A DNA stretch of 64,000 nt from positions 53,112,788 through 53,176,787 of the forward strand of contig CM120640.1 of the NCBI GenBank assembly GCA_051362555.1, given 5' to 3'. The position numbers and the translations under genes are program-made. Source of the DNA: Lingula anatina. Lineage: Eukaryota; Animalia; Brachiopoda. Shown here one piece after another: positions 1-11,730 of this stretch. A model generated the notes under the pieces. The model was not told the origin of the DNA, did no database searches, and saw nothing but the letters and a program-made list of their open reading frames with translations. The first letter of the stretch is position 1; each line of letters begins with the position of its first letter.

Positions 1-136
1 GTGTTTTGCCATTGCAGTTAGTGTGATTCTTTCCTCTGTACTTGGACAACTAAGCCTCTACGTGTCAGAGACCATGTAGCACCTGTTGCAAGATAGACTG
101 GATATAAAAGAAAATCACATCATCACCCAGTGCCAA

Positions 137-966
137 CAGTTGGGCAGACCGGGGCTAATTGGCCCAGTTAGACACTTTTGGCCTTGTGGAACCAAATGAA
201 AATAAGTTACAGCACCAAAACTGGTAGTTTTAGACCGAGCAACAAGGACTTAAACTACAGATGCAACATACTTGTTTTCCAAATGTAATGCCACATGGCT
301 AAAAAACTGAAAAAAAGAAAAGAAAAAAACAACTGATGTCAGGTGGGCCAACTTGTCCTGTGGTGAGGCAAGTTGGCCTCTGGGTCGGGGAAAGTTGGCA
401 CCTTATTCGTTAATGATGTAGCAATTCATGTAAACGTCATAATTGTATTTTTACGCATTTTCTCGTTATTATTTGATGTTACGATTCTTTACTTTATATG
501 TAGGTCATATGAGGCAGATATATATATTGATGTTTTTATACATTCGGATACGTTTCTTTCAGTATTTTGAATTTGCGTTTTAAAATTATAACAAGATACA
601 GGGTCCAACATGCCCCGTGAAAAGTGGTCCAACTAGCCCCAGGTGCACATTTTTTAAAGAATGGCAGCTGTTTTGGTGCTAGAATTAACTTTTTTTTGAC
701 ATTTCACTCCGAGCTTTAGTTTGATGCCCTGTATACATGTTATCACAATAGTATGAAAATTTATTTTAATATCTCTTCAACAATTTACTTTCAGGTGCAG
801 AAGACTTTTATTTAGACTCACCGCTGAAGTAAAGCTTTTCGTACCAACCGACTCTTTCTTGGCACTGTGGGATTATGTGATCAAATTGTTTGCCTCGCAG
901 GTACCTTTTCATAAATTGACGAGGGGCCAACTTACCCAAGGGTTCAACTTACTCCGGCTTTCCCTG
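137..966. mobile_element. Degenerate non-autonomous TIR DNA transposon (Tc1/mariner-pogo-like MITE)
   Basis: Imperfect terminal inverted repeats: cag(tt)gggcagaccggggctaattggccc at the left versus the reverse complement of ggttcaacttactccggctttccctg at the right. The motif GG(G/T)CCAACT(T/A)(G/A)CCC recurs internally in both orientations. No clean TSD. Confidence 0.5.
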
Positions 967-1279
967 TTAGATAACAGCTCTTATAATTACAAGTTTCTTA
1001 GATAATAAGAACAAAATCTAGAATGCCGACGAAAACATTTGTTCTTAATTCGCTGTTAGAATCAACAGCAAATCATTGTATTGTGCTTAATATCGGTAAT
1101 GAGGAAAACAACTCGCATGTTGAACGCTAATCATAAATCACCAATTTGACATATAATGTTGGCCACTGGTCAGACGATCAATATTCTGTCTTCCATATGA
1201 CAGGACCAAGAATTTGCTAAGCAATGCAACTGCTAAATTGAGTAACGTACTGGGCATAAATATTGTAAAGGATCACTTA

Positions 1280-1311
1280 GTGTGTGTGTGTGTGTGCGCG
1301 CGCGCGCGCGC
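1280..1311. repeat. (GT)n(GC)n alternating purine-pyrimidine microsatellite
   Basis: gtgtgtgtgtgtgtgtgcgcgcgcgcgcgcgc read directly; a poly-C tract follows near 1347-1365. Confidence 0.9.
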
Positions 1312-3123
1312 CCACGCCTTCGTGCTTGTACACATTTGTAATTTGACCCTCCCCCCCCCCCCCCCGTTCTTGTACGGAACAATTATGACTTTGAACATTA
1401 TATTCATAAACTTTAACCATTATTTCTAGCTACATTTTAGTGCACAAACCCTCAAAGTTTTACACGTATTGTCAGTTTTTCATGTTTTATATCTGGCAAC
1501 AGGCCCGTTTCCTTATATCCAACAGTTTCAAAATGGTATTCGATATCACATGCCTTATATATCAAAATAAGGGTTCTAACGTAGACTTCAGGTATACCTT
1601 AATGCTTTTAGTTTTAGATAATGTCCTGGCAGCGAGCAAAGTGCAACTCAGTTTTGTTGCAATTTTTAGTCATAGTCTCCCGTTGGGCGGTATTTGTCAG
1701 TTAAACAGTGTGTGAACTCTGCAGTATGCTATTTAGAACGAGATCCGTATTTCACCATTTAATAGTATCTTCTTATCTTTTATATGTAAAAAGATTTCCA
1801 GCTATTAAAGCTGTTATGTCAGTCGTTATGAAGTTTTCTCTTATGTAATTCTATACTGTAAAGTTTTACCTAAAACAAGCATAAAAAAGGAACACTGATG
1901 GTTTATTAACGTATCAATGATGCTACATAGAAAAGATTGGCTTTCTCATTCAGATTAAATGGGCCAATCCCAAAGACAACAAAAATACGTAATAGTTCTC
2001 ATATGAAAAAAATACGTATAATGATCAAGTGTCTATTTCAACACATGATAGTCCTTATACAGACTAGATCGTGTGTATATGTACGCATGTACATGTACAT
2101 GTACCGTATTATATAACTCTCATGGCTACCATACTAAAGCGCCATGCACCCCTTAATGCAAGCGGGATATGAAAGCTATGTTCCTATTTCTAAAAACGGA
2201 AAGATGCACTAGCACTAAAACAGCTGCTAGCAGCAATGGCCAAATAACGGAATGACCGTAAAAAATAACCACAGATGTTCTCATATACCCAAACCTTTCC
2301 GCAACATTTTCACATTTTTTTCTGAGGTTTTTCTCTCTTTTTGTCAAATTATACTTATTATTCATTGTTAATCAATATCATTATTCATACACGTATTCAT
2401 ACGCTTCCATACACACACTTTGAGGGGGGGGAATAAACATGACATATATCTAATAAAAGCATCGTCCATCATCTTTATTCTGTGCATCAAATATCTGTTC
2501 GTAAAATCAATGTACGCGTCATTGGGGATTCTTAATGACAACGGCAACATTCGTGTATTACAAATAATAAAAGTCAGTCACACCAAAACAGAAATGTAAA
2601 AAGAAATATAAAGACTAGTACTGTTACATGTAATAATAATTCCTTCTGCTTCCACTTGCCATTCTTTTATTCTAACGTTAAAATATCCCGTCAAAGAATG
2701 GATGTTCACATTATGCTTGTTATACATGTATTGACAGTTCTTTTAAGTGGACATGTTTTTCCGTAGCATCTTAAAGAGCGTCACAAACTCCCTGTTGAAG
2801 TTTCCCTGAGTAACAATATCTTTCTTGGCTCCAACAATTACGTCATGGCTGACGTAATGTCTTCGCCAGGAAAAGTTCTAGCTGATTCAATCTCGTACAT
2901 TAACTTTGGCATTCTTATTCTGGTATTTAGCGCTTTCAGGCCAGCCTCAAGATGACACAAGTGCCCAAACATCACTCCCAGTCTTTACTTTGTCTGGTGG
3001 CACCAGAATGAGGTGGAACACAGACACAAGTTGTGAGCTTGCACATTTCCTTCTTAGAAAATCTTCTGCGATCGACACAGAGTTGACTTCAGTAACCACA
3101 CTGTTGTCAAATCAAAAATCACA

Positions 3124-3807
3124 CTAAGAAAATGTCCTAATGAATACAAACCCTGCAAGCAACACCACAGCAAACCCAGATCTAAGAGCCTCTTGTGATG
3201 AACACACGACGATCTTGGAGTCTGGGCAGTAAGTCATATTGGTCATTCCCGTGGGGTGTTGAGGGTACTGAAACCCACAGACACCAGAAACAATGTCTAA
3301 ATTTTGTTTGTTGACGGGATAGTAAACTGTGTGGGCGACTTCTGTCTTTCTGGTTTGGTCTTGAACTATAGTCCTTATTATAAAGAGATAACGTTCACCT
3401 ATTGTAACATCCTTAAAAGGACAGGAGGATGAAAAAGTTATCTCACTCGGCATAGATGATATGATATTTCTCGGTGGAGGTTTGAGGATGCATTCAACTT
3501 CAGTCACACACATGTAAGTCAGTTCTACCAACGAAAGTGGGTGTTTCTGAAGCTGCATGGTCAAATTCACTTGATATAAATTTACAACCTTAACACCGAC
3601 TACTGACAGACTGGTCTCGAGGTTCCACTTCAGCCCCATGCCCTTCACATTGGCGACATCTATCGTCTCTCTTGCATCGTAGAGACCGTGGGACTCCTTA
3701 TGCTCGCACTGACTTGGGTTTGTTTCAGCCAGAACGAAAAGTGCATGGCTCATAAGGCACAAATATTGCCACAATTGCCGCTGTCTGCAGGCAAACATCG
3801 CAACCAT
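3124..3807 (-). CDS. 227-aa probable secreted/GPI-anchored or C-terminally anchored Cys-containing protein, possibly TIMP/NtA-like OB fold
   Basis: Uninterrupted ORF with a hydrophobic N-terminal segment (LWQYLCLMSHALFVLA), several spaced Cys (VECILK...SSCPFKDVTIGERYLFII...VCG...YCP) and a hydrophobic C-terminus (GFAVVLLAGFVFI). A splice acceptor (cttttcag, + strand 3820-3827) lies 12 nt upstream of the ATG. The fold call is inference. Confidence 0.7.
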   Translation of the reverse strand: MVAMFACRQRQLWQYLCLMSHALFVLAETNPSQCEHKESHGLYDARETIDVANVKGMGLKWNLETSLSVVGVKVVNLYQVNLTMQLQKHPLSLVELTYMCVTEVECILKPPPRNIISSMPSEITFSSSCPFKDVTIGERYLFIIRTIVQDQTRKTEVAHTVYYPVNKQNLDIVSGVCGFQYPQHPTGMTNMTYCPDSKIVVCSSQEALRSGFAVVLLAGFVFIRTFS

Positions 3808-3882
3808 CTTCCCAATGCCCTGAAAAGTTGGGTGAAATACCCATTCAATAAAGTCAAAGATGCATACATACCAGCATACATG

Positions 3883-4113
3883 CAGGGGCGGATCCAGGAT
3901 TATTTGAAGGGGGAGGGGGTCCGTTTTTTAGGAATGACAAGCCGCGGACGCAAAACCGACCCCCCCCCCAGCTGAATGGCCCCAAATAATTTTGGTATTT
4001 ATTTCAGGGGGCGAACGGTGCCATATGGTATAATTCAGCTAGTCAAAATTTTAATTTCAAGAGGGGACCATTGGTGTGATTATTTTCAGAAATCCCCCTT
4101 AAATCTGCCACTG
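3883..4113. mobile_element. hAT-like MITE (CAGGGGCGGATCC termini)
   Basis: Left end caggggcggatcca, right end aaatctgccactg. Flanks tacatg/cacatg are a near-match. A solo matching end (tggatccgcccctg) occurs at 8543-8556. Confidence 0.6.
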
Positions 4114-6317
4114 CACATGTATGTCTCTGCTGGTATCATTGATTGTATAGCGTAGATGTCTGGTATAATAATTCGCATATAATCGATTGGCAGTGTACAT
4201 AAATAGCCTGTGCATCAATCTGCTCCAACCAAGCAAGCAATCTCTTTATAATGCTGTTTGAATATCATGCAGTTAATATAATCCGCTCCTCCTAGGCCCT
4301 TAAAGAAGTTCAATTGTGACTTCAAAAACACGCTAAATGATATTGAACTTGACCATCATACCAGTTCATCACCCTCAGCAGATCGATTTGTTTCCACTGA
4401 GGTCCGAATAATTGCAATCCAGTTGACATTTTAGTAGAGAAAACATTGATGTCTACAGAAGAACTTGTGCATCTTTCAATATGTGGACCTCTCAATACAT
4501 ATGAAAATGCGCTCCTAACAGTAATAACCAACAGTAATAACCAAAGTAGTACCTAGCAACCCCCAAAGGAACTCTGATGGGAGGATCCGCCGTGGAATGA
4601 AATGTTACGTAGTAAAACTTCATTATATTGCACAGTGGAACATCAATCTCACATTAATAGCGGTGAACGTTGACAGCCCTTACCTTACCTTACCTAGCAA
4701 TCTCTTGGCTCACCGCAACCATACGTTTGGTTCAGATTAAGCACTTACATCCGTTACACGAGTACGGTATATTTTCATTCCTGCCATAGGATTCGCGGAA
4801 AGGTCTCAAACAGGTCATTGCGGTTGCAAAGACTCGCTTTAGCTAGTTAGTAGCAGAGAACACAATGGGCATCCCTGCTTTGCTGTCGATAGCGCCTGGT
4901 GATTAGGTGTTCATATCATCAGAGAAAAGGAAAACCATATTCTTTATGAACGAGGGTGTGCAACTGCAGCAGAGAACTGTAAAACAATCAGGACTTTTCG
5001 TTCTTATCTCGTCAAATGAACCCCAGACTCAATGTGTTTTGTGTCCGAGCATGCACTTGCTGTGCATTTTATTGTGAAGATAATAAATAAACAGGGTTGC
5101 CATTTGGGATTGGCTTTATTTGACTTCTGATCTTACCCTAACATCGTATTTTTTCTTGTTATAGTTACCAACTACGTACACGGCAAAGGATATCTAGGAA
5201 ATCATAAAGTGTCGGAGGTAGAATTTGTCTCAACATAAGTAAAGATGGTATTGATCTCACCCGCATTGCGCCAACGACATGGTATCGAAATACGAGTTCA
5301 TTGTATACCTGTCATCGAAAATAAAAAAGCAGTTCAAATATCAAGCGTTTAAACACGTACACGCAGTTATTGCAAATGTCTGAACAAGTTCTTATAAGAA
5401 CGTACATATTGTAGAAACAAAAGTTAATTAGGTCTATATATACAAATTAATATGTAAAAATCGCAAGACATCAGTCTTCTACCATAAGCCCACTCTCTCT
5501 TATGTACAACTGACCTGCTTAAATTAGGCATTACAAGGCCGAATTCAGAAAAGTGGCTCCATTCGTAACCAACATTACGTTGTGCATTATATCTCGAAGC
5601 ATTTTGTGACAAAACATCCGATGGACTGGGCTTGCACTGACACACTGTGCCAAGCTTTAGGCTGCCTTGCTACAAAGACATGAAGCGTTCATAATGCTCA
5701 TCACCCAAAGTTACACACGTAACTCTTGAATCTGAAACCACGTACACATTGACTATGACTCACAATTAGTGGAGTCGGCATTTTCTTTCTCGTAACTTAA
5801 GATTCTTTTCATATCGTAATGTGTCACTATCTTCACACTGATGATTTATGATTTATCTTCTATCATGTCTAATATCGCACCAGTCTGGTTGAATTTGCCA
5901 GCCGATCTATGAAAGCACGTTACCGCTTCCTTAAGACTGGGATAATATAGCCGTATCGATAATTCTATATCACGATGATAGTCATCTCGCTCCTTCCTTT
6001 TGTCAAGAACTTCTTGGCTGGTTCACGCAACTACTGTTTGGCATGCAATAATCGAATCTGTGTGTGTCTGCTGTCACGCACAATGATGCCATTTGGCTAT
6101 ACGTAGGAAGCGAAAGTTTGTCTGATAGAAGAGATTCATTTTCTGTTCAAATACAGGATTAACTTTTAGGAGATTTCCTGGTATCAATACAAAGTCAATA
6201 AAACTCCAAAACACGGTTGCTCCATGTATAGTGTGCTTTTTCATGTATAATAAAACAGTACATATCGATATTAATGACAGCACACATACCCTTACTTCTC
6301 CATTTAAATTGCTTTAA

Positions 6318-6658
6318 AGTGATAATAACTCTTCGTTTCGGCCAAAAAATTAATTTTCCTGGAGTGAACAACAATTTTCTCATACTTACCCATGGTTAAT
6401 GAATCCATTTTTACATTCAAAGTAAGTCCCTGGGTTTTTTTTCTAAAAAGTTTGGTTTTTTGTTAAAATCTCTTAAAGAGATTTTAACAGAGTGTAGCCA
6501 TCAATGGAGGTTACGTCGTCTAAAGACAAGCTCAGATATCACAGTAATAGCTATAACTGCCGTTTTTGTGGTAAAACAAAATATATTATATTTCTATGAG
6601 TTATTCACAATGTTTTTTATTGTGAAATATAGATCTCATATGAAGAGTTATTATCCCT
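6318..6658. mobile_element. Kolobok-like MITE with TTAA target-site duplication
   Basis: 17-bp TIRs AGTGATAATAACTCTTC / GAAGAGTTATTATCCCT (1 mismatch), flanked by TTAA at 6314-6317 and 6659-6662. Confidence 0.8.
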
Positions 6659-6697
6659 TTAATTTAAGTCATTGGATCCAATAGTTTCCCACAGGTT

Positions 6698-7737
6698 TTA
6701 GATCAACTCCCCATCCGAATAGTTCGAATCGTCATCGACGATTTCTCCCTCGCTGAACGAATCCAAACGCTGCTCAAGGCAGGCCACAAGCTGAATTAGC
6801 AAGTCCGCTGTCATCCGCATTGATGGTCGTCTTCTCGGATTATGATTAAGACAATAACTTGCGATGCAGATGATATGCTCATCCAGAACTTCCAGATCGA
6901 GATAAGTCTTGTGCAATAAACGTCCAAAACTATAAACATCAGACATCCAAGTGAACATTCCTCCGCACAAAACCTCTGGCGCAAAATGGGGATGCTGTAC
7001 GGAAAACTCTTCCCTGTCGCTTTCTTCGACAAAATGACTGTACCCTCCTCCTTGTGTCTCATGTGTGGCCAGACCAAAATCCAAAATATAAGGCTCGGGT
7101 ACTGGTTCCCATTCATCGTCTAGATGCCCGGTTAACATGATGTTGTCGGATTTCAAATTGTTCACCGCGAAACCTAATTCGTGAAGCTTGGCTAATTTTA
7201 TGGCAAGTTTGGAAAACATATTGGTCCACCGGATCATACACTTCACGCCAGCGGCATCGTTAGTGGTGTAAATGGGGACCCGGTTAATTTCAGTGTCTAA
7301 AGGGACACCCGCTTTTTTCTCGCTATTGCCTGGGTATTGCATCATGTACACAAAAGGATGACAGCTGGCAGATGGCATACGCTTTTTGATGGCATTTGTG
7401 AACTTGCCATTGCCTGTGAGTCCTACTGCACCAAGAAAGTATGGACCGACACTCTCATCTCTGAGACTGCGCAGAATGAACCCCTCTCTCCTAATTTCGT
7501 CCGTTGTGATGCACCTTTTGAAGAACTTTACAGCGACCACTGATTTTGTAAGAACTTCAGTGGCCAAGTAGATCTTGCCAAACGGATCTTGTCTGTTGGT
7601 GGTTCTATCCACCAACCAACTTCGGGAAGGGAAGTCAAGAATTTGGAATGGCACCAGGCGTGGCACGCGCTGCTCTATCTGGTCCGGTGGAAAAACATCT
7701 TTAAGAGTCAACTTTGGGCGGGCGTAAACTTCCAAAG
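6698..7737 (-). CDS. Kinase-domain exon of the pseudokinase gene
   Basis: Acceptor ttttattttcag precedes 7737. Motifs FGKIYLA, VAVKFF, AVNNLKSDNIM, ILDFGLA, HFAPEV, SDVYSFG and PRRRPSM are present. Confidence 0.9.
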
Positions 7738-9605
7738 CTGAAAATAAAAAAAAACAGTGAAAGTGTTCAGATACATTTCTTGGCACTCTTGTCATGTTTG
7801 ATAATTTATTTTATCATTGTCATCTGCAATTTTATGAAGAACCCTTTTGTATCCAACACCGAATAGCAACATAGCTACGTATGATCACAACAATATTAAT
7901 CCTCACCTCGTTCTGCTTTTTGTTTTTGTTGCTGCTGCTGTTCCTCGAAGATACCGACTGGCTCCCTATCAAGTTCACTCTCTGGGATTCCGTTCAGGTC
8001 ACTTTCAGGTTTCCTGTTGACCTCCCCAGCTTGTTCCTCTTCCTGCTCTTCCCTTTTCTCTCCATCCGATTCTTCGACAGGGCTACGCTGGAGTTCAGCC
8101 AAAGATTCCCAAACTGATTCTCCAGCTGGTTCTTCACTGTGTTCCCCCTCAGGTTCTTCAACTGTTTTGCAAACGTGTCCCTCTTCTGGGTCTCCTTTGG
8201 GTTCACAGTTTGACTCAGTTGGTTCAATTGATTCGTCTTTCGGTTCTGTTTTCATCTGCCCAAGAGCCCCCTGCCGTTTTGTTACTGTCATTGCTGCAGG
8301 AAAACGTGCCTAGTAACATGAGTAACAAACAGTTCGATCAGAGAAGAAGGAAATAGGTAAAAAAATATATACATGTAGGCCTAATTTCCATTCCAATTTT
8401 TTTGGTGTCAGTCGAATTTCAAACACCCTTTAATATCTTAATATAAATAGTTGATTAAATTATGATATGCAAAACAAATAAAAAAGCATAAAAAATATTA
8501 AAAAAAAAAAAAAAAAAACGGACAGAAAAATTGCAATTGATGTGGATCCGCCCCTGAGTGCTTTATGCATTATTGGGAATCCACACTCGCTTCAAATGTA
8601 ACTTTAAATTTATCTGTTACCTGTGTTGCTTGTGCAATTTGCATTTCCTTTACTCTTCGTCTCAACCTTCTCCTCAATCTAACAAATGGCCACCGAGGAG
8701 GAGTCTGTCTCGTACGATCACGTCTCCCTAGTTGATATAGGCCTACAAAGTGAAATTATCAATTGAGATTTTTTAAGTGAAAGCGATTAAAATTGTGTTT
8801 AAAACATTTTTAATCAGTTGCTTTTTAGAACAACGGTTGCCTACAACGATTCGTTTGAAATTATGTGTGTTAAAGTATGTTTCAAGGGTATTTACATAAT
8901 GTCATAAACTTCTCAATATTTGGACGCAAAAAGTTACGCAAAAAGTTACGACATCTTTAGAACTTCTCTAACGAGATTTTGTGTTTCACTAAAATAATAA
9001 TAAAAAAAAAAGTTCATAGATAGATCCTGTATTTAATTTCTACTCCCCCCAGTCCCTTTAAATTGAGGCGCACTGTCTCAAGAAGAACGAAGCCCATAAC
9101 ATACTATAGGGCCTACATGTATAGTGAAATATATGAAAATGTTCACGAATTTTTACTTACTGTTAGGCCTGGGCCTGTGACAACCAAAGCACGCCGTGAG
9201 TAGATCTAGCGTACTTGTTTTTTTAAACTGAAAAAAAAAAATATGTAAGTGTATATTGTGACAAACTAATTATAAGCATAGAAAAAATTACAAAATAAAA
9301 TCAATGATCAGCGATTCCAATATATTTCATAAAACATTCGCCAACATTACAGAGGACTTATCACGTATCCACACCCGTTTGGAGAAAGTATTGGTTGTTA
9401 ATTATAAGAAACGGATCAGTAACGCCAGTTTAAGTGAAATGGTAATTCATCTGACGGCTAGCGGTTTCTTGTATTAATGGATAGACGCAGTCGGAAAGTA
9501 TGAGTGCGTCTCCGATCCAAAGCTGTATATTAGCGCAGAAACAAATAACCAAGAATTCTCTAGTGTGAAAGAAAACCCTATATTGGTACTTACATCTGAT
9601 AACAT
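6698..9605 (-). CDS. Protein kinase-fold protein, probable pseudokinase (~547 aa, 5 coding exons)
   Basis: Exons 9594-9605, 9161-9227, 8621-8742, 7907-8309 and 6698-7737 join in frame through GT-AG introns (1644 nt). The last exon holds VAVK, the alphaC Glu (EIRREG), LKSDN, DFG, APE and SDVYSFG motifs. The upstream small exons are less certain than the last two. Confidence 0.75.
7907..8309 (-). CDS. Glu-rich low-complexity linker exon of the pseudokinase gene
   Basis: Donor G|gtgagg is in the phase required by the kinase exon. The acceptor gttactag follows an AG-free pyrimidine tract. Confidence 0.75.
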
Positions 9606-9732
9606 TTTACTCTTCAATCTGCAATTTAACTGTAGAAATATTAACATTCATAAGTGCTGCAAACATATTGGTCTTCATATTGAAGCTGTTGTTTGCGGCC
9701 TGAAGTTGTCTTAGAGACTTTACCATGGGGTA

Positions 9733-9740
9733 TGACGTCA
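9733..9740. promoter_or_regulatory. Perfect CRE palindrome TGACGTCA upstream of the pseudokinase gene
   Basis: Exact CREB/ATF consensus about 130 bp upstream of the putative start codon; function is inferred only. Confidence 0.35.
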
Positions 9741-11730
9741 CAAATAAAAACCGTATTTATTGGACCGACTTGTCACATGCCGCAAACATTTCTTTAAACG
9801 ACAAAGAGATCTTGTAATTTCCATAAAAATGTTAATAAAAAATTAATACCTTGACAAAATAATAATAATAAAAAAATGCGTGTGTCAAAACACTTCTTTT
9901 AACTTTTTTAGATGGTAGGCCTACCACTTCGACAGGCCCTGTTCAACACACAGAACTGGGTTGAGAACTTAATTAAGTTATTTATGACGCGTTATTATTG
10001 TAGAAATTATGCAAAATAACAAAACAAACAAATCAATAAAGGAAAGTGAAAGTCTCGTTGGCAGAATTTATTTTTCAATGTTTGATAAATTTTAATAGTG
10101 ATATGAGACCTGTGGCGTCGTGTTTGACCTAGTTGAAAACGAAGAGTTGTCACATTTCGAGGCACGAGGTTTTGAGATAGGTAGTGCTACTTGTAATTTC
10201 AGTAATTTGGCTTAAACGTCAATTACATAGTCAGTACTGATAGTATTTACTAATAAGTCTGATAAGCATTTCAAGGTGGTTCCACGGTTATTATTGCTGT
10301 GAATTTTGTTTCCTCACCAAAACGGTGTCACTCGTTGCGGATCAGTGATGAGATGGATAAGTAATTAAGTCATAGGGTGGAGCAAGCACCCTATGCTGAC
10401 CCCTCTCGCCACCACCCGTTACATCTTCTTGCTTGTATTAAGAGTTTGAATGAACTTTAGCGTGGGACATTTGTGTTCTGGTCCCCTTAACTCGAAAGCA
10501 TCGCGCATTGCGACCTAGCGCAAGCATCCCGATTCCATAACTCGCCCCATATAAAAAACGCAGTGCTTTCGAGTTAGGGAGCCCTGGATTACCTGTATAA
10601 TACCAAGGAGTTCCAATAAAACCCTTTTTCAACTCACTTTGCATTTTTTATGGTCTTCTTTACCCAATCATGCTGGAGTAAAAGAAAACATAATATCACA
10701 TATACAGACTAATACAGTGTAAACTTTAAACTGCTATTTAATGCCAGTATTTTTGCATTTTTTAGTCCAGTTCAAGTGCCATAGTCCACAGTGTCTGTCA
10801 CGTAACCGTAGGGCATCTTGTCCTTCCATTATAAAGACACTTGGTAAGTTGAAACTGTTTTTATTTTTATACTTTATTTCTCTGACAATATATAAACATA
10901 CTTTTTTTAAAAGATAAATTATTTAAGTTCACATACCTTCATGCAGTGCTCTTAATTGGTCTCAGTTACTGTACAAAATGTTTTTTTGTTGTTGTTGTTG
11001 CATTTCAATGTATCCTCTTTTTCATGCTTTCCTTTTCTCTTCCATGCTTGAATTACAGAATGTATATGTCACAGTCAAGATGAAAATCCAGGCAGTTTGT
11101 CAGTTTGCCTAAACAAGATCCCAGATAGCAAGATGACGTTGGGCCAACGTCGGCACCGTTGGCACTTGGTCGGCATTGGCATGCCGCCATCGGGCCAACA
11201 TTGGGCCAACGTCGGCACTGTTGACGTTGGTCTGCTGTCATTTGGCCAATGTCGGGCCAACGTCATTTTTTTGACGTTGATCCAATGTAGGGCCAACATA
11301 GGACCAACATCATTTTTTCGTTGTTGATCCAATGTAGGGCCAACGTCATTTTTTTGACGTTGATCCGATGTGGGGCCAACGTTGGGCCAATGTAGGACCA
11401 ACATCATTTTTAGTCGTTGATCCAATGTAGGGCCAACGTCATTTTTTAAGCTTTAAACTTATGTTGGACCAGTCTTTTTTAATTTTATGTTAAGCTGCCA
11501 TCAAGCCAATATTTGGTGAAGTCATTTATAATTTTTTATAAATTTTTTATTTTTTATTTTTTTTCTTATTTATTTATTTTTTATTGACCTGTGAGCTGAA
11601 TGATTGAATTATCGTCATTTGATCAATTTTGATTTAATTTATCTCTCTCTTTTTCTCTCTTTTCTTCAAAGTCCCCTCATTAGTGCGCTATTTGTTTGAT
11701 TTGACTTGACATTTGAATGAATTGTTAACT

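Noticed and set aside
2906-3127. Open frames just downstream of the 227-aa gene (read-through or antisense ORF)
   Set aside because: Two in-frame stops lie within four codons, and the peptides have no recognisable features.
6698-7795. 365-aa ORF as a complete intronless kinase, or as a viral/horizontally acquired gene
   Set aside because: The first ~19 codons are intronic (strong acceptor before 7737), and in-frame upstream exons exist. Nothing in the window supports a viral context.
11053-11450. Regularly spaced palindromic repeats resembling a CRISPR array, plus overlapping ORFs
   Set aside because: There are no unique spacers and no cas genes, and the context is eukaryotic. The repeats are subterminal arrays of a TIR element, and the ORFs are repeat-derived.
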